From assembly GCF_006345805.1 (NCBI RefSeq), contig NC_042999.1, positions 93,372,001 to 93,436,000 on the forward strand: a DNA stretch of 64,000 nt. The letters are read 5' to 3'. Below, piece after piece: positions 55,576 to 64,000 of the stretch. The notes under the pieces are model-generated. The model was not told the DNA's origin, made no database searches, and saw only the letters and a program-made list of their open reading frames with translations. The translations under genes were made by a program, and so were the position numbers. The number at the start of each line of letters is the position of its first letter. The first letter of the stretch is position 1. The DNA comes from Octopus sinensis. Lineage: Eukaryota.

Positions 55576-55635
55576 TGAATCCTTGGCATCATGTTTTTAT
55601 TTTGATTAATTTATATATATATATATATATATATA

Positions 55636-55930
55636 TTTTACTCTTTTACTTGTTTCAGTCATTTTACTTGTTTTGCCTTTAGTCGAACAAGTAGATCCTA
55701 GCACTTATTCTATCGGTATCAAGCTAGGGGGGTGGGGCAAACACAGACACATACACACACATAAATGCAACGGGCTACTTTTAGTTTCCATCTACCAAAT
55801 CTACTCACAAGACTTTGGTCGGCCCCAAGCTATAGTATAAAGCACCTACACAAAGTGCCACGCAGTGGGACTGTACCCGGAACCATGTGGTTGAGAAGCA
55901 AACTTCTTACCATGCAGCCACTCCTGCGCC
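55636..55930 (-). mobile_element. SINE family D with internal deletions
   Basis: tttactcttttacttgtttcagtcat 3' end through cagccactcctgcgcctat head. Confidence 0.85.
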
Positions 55931-57674
55931 TATATATATGTAATATACTGCATATGCATATATGTATATAAATACTTCAGTTGCATATATATGCACATAT
56001 ACAATTAAATAAATGTATGTGTATGTGCTTCTGTGTGCGAGCGCGTATGCGTAAGTGAGCTAGTGTATATGAATGATTTCAGGTTTAACTGGAAGAGGAG
56101 AAGGCGCTATTCTAAACTCGATTTAGCGTGTCTAAATAAATACATCACAGATGAAAACAGAGTTTTATACTGAGTTTAATAAATTCGATATCAACGAAAT
56201 CTGATGACTGGGAAGAAGGTGCTAGCAAGAGTCTTTTGTAAAATTAACTCGTAATTGGAGCATGTTATTGCTTGCATGTGTTAAGATAAAATTAAATATG
56301 TAATGGATATGAAGAAGCTAAAAAAATATATACAAAATAAAATATAAAAAACGGTATAATTCAATTCATCTTTTTACATTCGTTTCTATTTTGTTGTTTT
56401 TTCCCCCTTTAATGCATTCTAATATAATTTAGTCGATCTCAAAATACAGTTTCTTTTATATTTGCTCTGGAAGCCGTATAGAATATAGGCCTCAATCCTA
56501 ATCCTGAAAGTAGATCAAACGGAACATGTATCAAAATATCAAGCAGAGAGAAGAACGTTTCTATTCATTGAATAGCTCATAACTTTGAAATATATCATTA
56601 TTTGCAGAAAGCATGAAGTAACTCAGATTTAAGTTTGTGAGACACAGATAAGTTCTACAGCAATAGCTATTATAGGAACCAGTACATGGTAAAAGGAGAA
56701 GAGGCAGACATTGTGGAATATGTATGGAGCAGCAGCAACAGTAGCCACTCTTGCTGAAGGACACTACCGTTGTAGAAACTACATTGTAAATCTGTATAAA
56801 GAAGTCTAAAGTTCCACGTGTTCCATATGCGCACATGACGCTATTCAATGGTTGTTATTGTATTTAATTTTACTCAATTCTCAAAGCATCATTGACACTC
56901 AAAAACTGAAGTTTATTATAAGCATAACAATAAGAATAAAGAAATATTGATAATACCGATTTGAAGAAATATGAAATTGAGACGTGATACTTTTATTGAA
57001 AATATGACAGTAACTTTCAAAATACGCTGAGAATTTGCTCACCATCCTCAAAATCTTTTATAATAAATAATTTACGAAAGGTTGAGAAAGACATATAAGA
57101 AGATGAGAATAAATATGGAAAAATAAAAATAAATGAATGTAAGTATGTCATATACCTCTCAATGAAGATATTTCTATTTGACACTGCTTTTGAAAATTTA
57201 CATAGCAGATATTTTACATTATTCACAAAATAACAATGGATATCATTTCTTGAATTCAAGCTTCTCCTATTCTGAAGTAATGTTAAAAAAATTTGACATC
57301 ACAGTTTTTAAAGATTTTTCTGATGCTACGATGCTCATAATCAGATGAGAAAGCAACAACAGACAAAGGTATGCAGTAACATTACTGCCAAAAGAATTCC
57401 TCAGTCTTAAATTATATCTGAAAAGATAGTTGAAATTTTATTTTATTTTCCGTAAGTGAATAGTTTTATTAAATAGTTCTTTTTTTTTCTTTTTTGGGGA
57501 CCTCAAATACCTTTCCAATATCTTTGCATCATGGAACGCAGAACCAAGATGCTGCAGTGTTAACCATAAAACACACGGGCACCAAAACACATAAGTACAC
57601 ACATAGAAACATACACAGATACACCCATAAGTATGTATATATTTGCGTGTGAGTATATTTATATATAACAAATG

Positions 57675-57900
57675 CGCTCTTTTAAAGCCTAGCCAGGATC
57701 ATGGGCCCGGTTTCCTGGTTTCAATGGCGTATGTATTCCCCAGCTGGACGGGACGCCAGTCCATCGCAGCGTTACTCATTTTTGCCAGTTGAGTGGACTG
57801 GAGCAACGTGAAATGAAGTGTTTTACTCAAGAACACAACGCGTCGCCCGGTCCAGGAATCTAAACCACAATCTTACGATCATGATGCTGACACCCTAATC
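57675..57900 (-). mobile_element. SINE with family-B head/core but a different 3' tail
   Basis: Minus strand gttgtgttcttgagtaaaacacttcatttcacgttgctccagtccactc matches 14145-14195; downstream sequence differs. Confidence 0.75.
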
Positions 57901-57909
57901 TATTTTTCA

Positions 57910-58035
57910 ATTTTTTACTTGTTTCAGTCATTTGACTGCGGCCATGCTGTAGCACCGCCTTCAGTCGAGTATTTGTAAGGCTAATACTTATACTCGGTTG
58001 TCAAGCGATGGTGAGGGAGGACAAAGTCAGACACA
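57910..58035 (-). mobile_element. SINE family D, 3' part
   Basis: tttttacttgtttcagtcatttgactgcggccatgctg...cggttgtcaagcgatggtg. Confidence 0.75.
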
Positions 58036-58042
58036 CAAACAT

Positions 58043-58074
<32 letters not shown>

Positions 58075-59294
58075 GTGTGTGTGTGTGTATATGTGTGTGT
58101 CTGTGTGTGCATGTGTATGTGTGAGTGTCTGCGCGTGTGTGTGTGTGTGTGTGTTTGTGTGTCTGTGTTTGTCCTCCCACCATCACTTGACAAACGATAT
58201 AGAGGAAATTGGTGAAAATACAATTACATAATGTCAAATAAGTATTCGTACATGCATACACGCACAGTTATGCGTATGGCTACAAGGCCTCATTTCCCGC
58301 ACGTACGCACACACACATACACACAAATCTCAGTCTTTCTGTATATATACGTTGACGTCATAATGATCTTATATAAACATTTGAAGGAATGTGAAGAATT
58401 TCTTGTTTAGAATGGATCGCCAAGCACGCATAACGCTTTAAATATTAGCATATAGATATTGGGGTGATACAGCCATGTTTAGTGTGTATATTGAACGTAC
58501 CCCAACGTTCATATATTGCCACTTCTAGAAATGCTTTTACTTCAAATTACTATGATATTAACGCACTTTTATGCTAAACGGAAATGCAATGTTTAGCCCA
58601 CGTCACAAAAGCTCATATGCTCTCATATACGCATTAACTAGATATAACAAATGAATATAGACCCTTCATGCACATACATACGAACTAACCTACATATTTA
58701 AACTCACACACTTATATATCCATTTCATGGTCGCAGTTCCCATGCTGAAATTAATAAAAGGTGCTAATGCATTGTGTATCTATAGAGGGGTCGTTGTGCA
58801 AAAACAATAAGCTTCACGTGACCAATAACGCAGTGCTTCTTTTTCTTAATATAGTAGCGTGTTCATGACAAATGTATTAAAACCGTAAAATGGCGACCAG
58901 GGTTGTGATAGACTGTTGAATGTAAACCTGATAAAACAAAATTTACGAATGCGAAATTAAAACAATTTTAGGTAGAATTTCTGAAGAAAATGTCATTATA
59001 AAATATACAGGATTTTAATTGCAGCGTGACGAATTCCGGAGGACTCATGACCTCAAATATTGATTTACTTATTCGGGACAAAGGAAGCAGCTGCATTAAT
59101 CTCATAATATTTACATTTCTGTTGACAATACAAAATATATTTCCGATAATATACACTGATAACGCCATGATATCACTCTAGTAAATATATAATCCTTCGT
59201 ACAGGTTAAGTATATGAAACATATTCGTTAAAGATGACCTTCTTACTTTCTGTTTCTTCCCTATATTGTGAAAGATATATGTTGCTGCTGCTGT

Positions 59295-59772
59295 TGGCAA
59301 ACAAGTAGAATCGTTAGCACGCCAGGTGAAATGTGTAGCGATATTTCGTCCATCTTCACATTCTGATTTCCATGCACATTCTATATCTTTATCCAACTGA
59401 AATTTCTGAGTTGGTGAGAGTCGAGAAAGAAAGGTGTTTGGGAAGGAGTTTATTGTATAAGCGGGGAGAAAAATGCAAATCAACTGGCTTGCATAGAACT
59501 TAAGTATTAAAATTGCTGAAGTAATGATAAAGAGAAGGAAAGAACACGTTCAGTATGATAGCTAAAGCTGGTCAGGTTAAGGAGGATATATATTCAATGC
59601 ACTAGTTATTGCATGTACTGTGGAAAGGTATACAAGTTTTTACTATTTTATGACGTCGACATTGCCTTTTATCCATTCTGGATCGATAAAATAAGTACCA
59701 GTTGAGTACTGTGATCATTGTAATACGTTTAACCACTTCCCTAACTTACTGACTTTGTGCTAAACTTTGAAA
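59295..59772 (+). mobile_element. SINE family A split by a ~275-bp insertion (59378-59654)
   Basis: Head 59295-59377; the body resumes at gtcgacattgcc (59655) and runs to the tail. Confidence 0.65.
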
Positions 59773-59890
59773 TTATTATTATTATTGTTAGTATTATTAT
59801 TATTATTATTATTGTTATTAATATTATTATTATTATTATTATTGATATTATTATCATTATTATTATTATTATTAATATAATTATTATTAT

Positions 59891-60106
59891 TCAGTAGTTT
59901 TATTTATATAGCGTGCATTCACTTCACTACCGAGCGCAGCTCTGAGTGCCTTGGGTATGTGCAGAGGTTTGTTGTGATGCTCTGGTGGTTATTGTATGGA
60001 AAGTGTTCTGCGTAGGATGTGTGCAGTGCCTAGTAGTGCAATTTTCTGTATGTTATATGTGTTTGTAAGTCCTGGTGTTTTTGTTATGTATTTGTCTGAA
60101 TATTTT
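59891..60106 (-). mobile_element. Dong 3'-end fragment in (TAA)n
   Basis: Closely similar to 33624-33840; (TTA)n on both sides. Confidence 0.9.
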
Positions 60107-60161
60107 ATTATTATTATTATTGTTATTATTATTATTATTAGTAGTAGTAGTAGTATTATTA

Positions 60162-60302
<141 letters not shown>

Positions 60303-60304
60303 TT

Positions 60305-60818
60305 GAGTGAGAAAGCAGTGCATGCCATCAAAGTGACACTGGGATAAAATATACGAAGCCCACTATACTCATCATGACGACCGGTCTGATAAGGGGTTAC
60401 CAGGCACATGCATCACAATCATATGTGCGCGGCATGGTGAACTATCAACATAAGCGCATTACCTTGCAGGTAGAGATCAATTACAATTTTCTTCAGGTCG
60501 TGTTGTCCATCCCGATAAAATGGTCCTTGAATAAGGGTTGGTTGACAATGTTGGCCAAAATACCCAGGTTTCCAGGGATGAAGGATTCAAACTCCGAAAA
60601 ATCCCTCACCACGCATGGCTATGATGCTCCCCCACTGAAGTACATACTGTCAGCTAGCAAAAGACATACAAAAATATTTAAGGTCAAACAATTGACAAAT
60701 AAATATGTGGTATTGAGCAAAATATTTGCTGTTGCATCTTCTTATATACCAATACAAAGAAATGTACATGATAGCACTTCCAATCAGTTAAGATCAGAAG
60801 CCATGGAAGCCTTTGTCA
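60305..60818 (-). mobile_element. TAA-targeted non-coding element, copy A (diverged, with deletions)
   Basis: Colinear with 60856-61670; flanked by (TAG)n/(TTA)n tracts. Confidence 0.8.
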
Positions 60819-60855
60819 GGTTATTATTATTTTTATTAATATTATTATTTTTATT

Positions 60856-61670
60856 GAGTGAGAGAGCAGTTCATGCCATCAAAGTGACACTGGGGTAAAA
60901 TATACGAAGCCCAATATACCCATCATGACTACCCGTCTGATAAGGGTACACCAGGCACATGCATCACAACCATATGTGCGCGACATGGTGATCTCATATC
61001 AAGATAAACAGCACATGACCTTGCAGGTGGGGCCCAGTTAGAATTTTCTTCAGGTTGAGTAGCCCATCCCGCTCAAAAGGTCCCTGAATAAGGGTTGTTT
61101 AAGGATGTTGAAAGAACCACCCATGTTTCCAGAGGTGAATTATTCAAACCCCAAAGAATCCCTCTCAACACATGGCTATGATGCTCCCCCACTACTTCTG
61201 CTCGTGATCAGAGATGCAAATATCGTCAGCCACTAAGGGACATGCTCAACTGGTTACGGTCAAACAACTGACAAGCAAATCTGTGGGATTGAACAGAATA
61301 TTTGCTGTAGCCCATCTTTTATACCAAGACAAAACAATGTACATATTTCTTTATTACCCACAAGGGGCTAAACACAGAGGGGACAAACAAGGACAGACAT
61401 CGGTATTAAGTCGATTACATCGACCCCAGTGCGTAACTGGTACTTAATTTATCGATCCCGGAAGGATGAAAGGCAAAGTCGACCTCGGCGGAATTTGAAC
61501 TCAGAACGTTAGCGGCAGACGAAATACCGCTAAGCTTTTAGCCCGGCGCGCTAACGTTTCTGCCAGTTCGCCGCCTTAATACAATGATAACATGATATGT
61601 ACATGATAACATTTCCAATCAGTTAAGATCAGAAGCCATGAGAGCCACTGCCTGGTACTGCATCAGGGCA
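60856..61670 (-). mobile_element. TAA-targeted non-coding element, copy B (~600 bp plus nested SINE)
   Basis: Begins gagtgagagagcag after TTA and ends catcagggca before (TTA)n; no credible ORF. Confidence 0.8.
61343..61577 (-). mobile_element. SINE family A (young, alternative tail) nested in copy B
   Basis: Well-preserved head ggcggcgaactggcagaaacgttagc; atgtacat is repeated on both sides. Confidence 0.85.
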
Positions 61671-61671
61671 G

Positions 61672-61754
<83 letters not shown>

Positions 61755-61755
61755 T

Positions 61756-62545
61756 ATTGCCTTTGCAAAGTTTTTAACGCTGGAGATGTACTACAGTGTC
61801 AGCTGTTCACTACCAGTGAACTAAGGTAAAAAAAACCTTATTTTTCGAGCACCTTCCACAGTATTCGAGCGGTTCCAAGCAGTGCTGTTTTCTGAGAGTG
61901 CTCCACCCTTATTGCACCCTCCACCATTTGTTCCACGTACTTCTCGAGATTTTTGCTCACTGTTCCCTTTTTCATCGAACATAATTGTTTAGATTCCCAA
62001 GCTAACCTGTCATATCTCTCGACTTTTCTTTCTTCCTTATCAGCTGGGCATGCTATGTCTATGATCGAGCATAGTTTGATTTCTTTCTCAATTAAGACTA
62101 TGTTTGGCCTCCTATTCTCTTTCTCGTGGTCACACTAAATCGTAAAATCCCAGAGGATCTTTACATTTCTATTTTCAACAATGCCTTCAGGTTTGTGGTC
62201 GTACCAAATTGTTGCAAATTGTCCAATGGACAAGACTGGATATATTGTCGTGGCGTCTCTTATATTCATTCTGGGCTAGTCGCGTACATTGGCTTGTAAT
62301 ATGCCATACGGTTTCATCATTTTGTTCACATATTCTGCACTTATCACTTGTATTGTCTATTCTGTATATTATGTAGTTTATTTTTAGTGCTTGCTCTTGG
62401 ACAGCACAGATTAGGGCCTCCATTTCCGGTTTTAAATGACTTTTAGTCGTCCACATCCATCTTTTTCTCTGTCTGTCTTATCTTCAACATCCCTATGAAA
62501 TTGACCATGCATTCTTTCCTTTACCCACCTATTTTCAGTTTCATA
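61756..62545 (-). mobile_element. R4/Dong-like 3' fragment (second subfamily) ending in (TAA)n
   Basis: MHGQFHR...LKPEMEALICAVQEQAL...CRICEQNDETVWHITSQC...RHD, then an eroded REL region. Confidence 0.85.
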
Positions 62546-62549
62546 CGTT

Positions 62550-63975
62550 TTCAATTTCTTATATAGTGCTTTACCTTTGCAATATTTCACCCTACATGAC
62601 TATGAAACCTGCAAAAACCCGACAATTAAAGAATAAATATAATATGAAAGCCATATATGACATCCATACCACCACAGATGCCATCAAACAAAAAGTATGT
62701 GCTAAAGCGGCCCGCATAGAAAGGTATAGAAAGCGCGTTATATCCTCCTAGGACAACAGCATGTTAAAAAATTGCACCAAAATATTTTACAGGAAGATAG
62801 TGAAAATACCAGTTGCAGTAAAATCTGTCCAATCAAAAGAAGTACAGGGATTTTGGAATAAAATTTGGGCAGAAGAAGAAATACAAATGAAAAGACTCCT
62901 GGGATCGATAGAATATCTACAGACTTAGAGTCGTAAGAAGAACACAAGTTTGAGGGTGTCAAGATAGAAGATGTAAGGTCTGCTCTCAGGAGGTCAAACA
63001 AATGGAAGTCTCCAGGGAAGGATAACATTCCTAACTTCTGGTTGAATGCCTTGCCAGAGAGCCATGAACTGCTAACAAAACTTTACAACAATGTTTTGCA
63101 ACACCCTAGTATGATTTCCTCTTTGCTAGTGAATGGTTTAAAACTCCTACATCCGAAAAATGAAGAAACAAATGCACCAAAAAATTATCTACCCACAACC
63201 TGCTTAACAACAATGTATAAAACAGTAACATCTGTCCTGACTGAATATACTTATAGTTTTTAAAAGAAAGTGGCATATTCCCCAATGAGCAAAAAGGATT
63301 TAAACGAGAGCTACAAATACCGAGGGGTATTTGAAGGGGACACAATCAAACATTCAATGATGAGGGAACGGATCAGAAGAGAATGTTATCGCAGAGTGAG
63401 TGCAATACTTAAGACAGAGCTGAATGCAAGAAACAGGATCGAAGCGATCAATATTTTAGCCTCAGCGTGACTTACAATTCCAATATCATTAACTGGTGAA
63501 TTACTGAAATATGTAATCTTGAGAGAAGGATACGAAAATTGCTGACAATATATAGATTGGACCACCCTAGGGCAGATTTTGAACGACTTTATCTGCCAAG
63601 AAAAGAGGGAGGCTGTGGACTTTTACAACTGGTATTAACAATGAAGATTGCCACAATTAGCCTTGACACCTACCTGAAAAACTCTGAGGACTGGATGTCT
63701 CAAAACACGAATACAAGAAAGCATAATACTCAGTAACAAAACAGGAAAAGGAATATATAAGTGAATTCCAAATACAAATTCTAGAATTTGACGTGCTAGA
63801 AACAAGCTGAGAAAAAGCTACGCTTATGAAAACCCGTGCTAAAACTGCTGCCTTAGATATTCTTACTGACAACTACTGAAAAGCCTCAATGGCAAATACT
63901 CAAAGAGAGCTAATAATACCGATGTTGACAAAGACCTTAGCCATCAATGGCTAATAGCATCTGACTTAAAATGAT
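62550..63975 (+). mobile_element. Degraded R4/Dong-like RT region
   Basis: FWNKIW, KWKSPGKDNIPNFWL, NYLPTTCLTTMYK, YKYRGV, RRVSAILKTELNARN, LYLPRKEGGCGL; many stops and a large internal deletion. Confidence 0.85.
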
Positions 63976-64000
63976 GTCTTCTGGATCACCTCAGCCTGAC

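Larger units (their letters stand above)
55147..55613. mobile_element. Inverted repeat (239/226-bp arms, 2-nt centre) bearing a hammerhead motif on each strand; probable inverted Penelope-like pLTR pair
   Basis: Arms 55147-55385 and 55388-55613 differ by about 7 substitutions and one 13-nt indel; sits between (TA)n tracts. Confidence 0.75.

Noticed and set aside
61756-63975. Head-to-head Dong fragments as one twin-primed, 5'-inverted insertion
   Set aside because: In the region they share, the proteins differ strongly (MHGQFHRDVEDKTDREKRWMW vs GKYSKRANNTDVDKDLSHQW), implying different subfamilies and independent events.

Overview
A eukaryotic, AT-rich, repeat-dense window; it looks intronic or intergenic, and I found no host protein-coding gene, rRNA, tRNA gene or CRISPR array that I can support. 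The SINE families and microsatellite load resemble an octopod cephalopod (Octopus) genome; this is inference from recognition, not a database result. Contents: a 5'-truncated CR1-clade LINE with a (TAAC)n tail; Tc1 and mariner fossils, including a full-length 1250-bp mariner; several R4/Dong-clade REL-endonuclease retrotransposons sitting in (TAA)n tracts; Tx1/L1, RTE and Ty3/gypsy fragments; about four tRNA-type SINE families; and many simple repeats. Most long ORFs in the supplied track are microsatellite translations. Best candidate for an undescribed system: a 467-bp, nearly spacer-less inverted repeat (55147-55613) carrying a minimal type I hammerhead ribozyme motif on each strand, most simply an inverted Penelope-like pLTR pair. 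Eroded hammerhead-like motifs occur elsewhere, including an inward-facing pair at 653-872. Also notable: a perfect 222-bp-arm palindrome (37148-37594), a stack of TAA-targeted insertions containing an unassigned ~600-bp non-coding element (59770-62545), and an apparently chimeric SINE flanked by one TSD (47498-48004).
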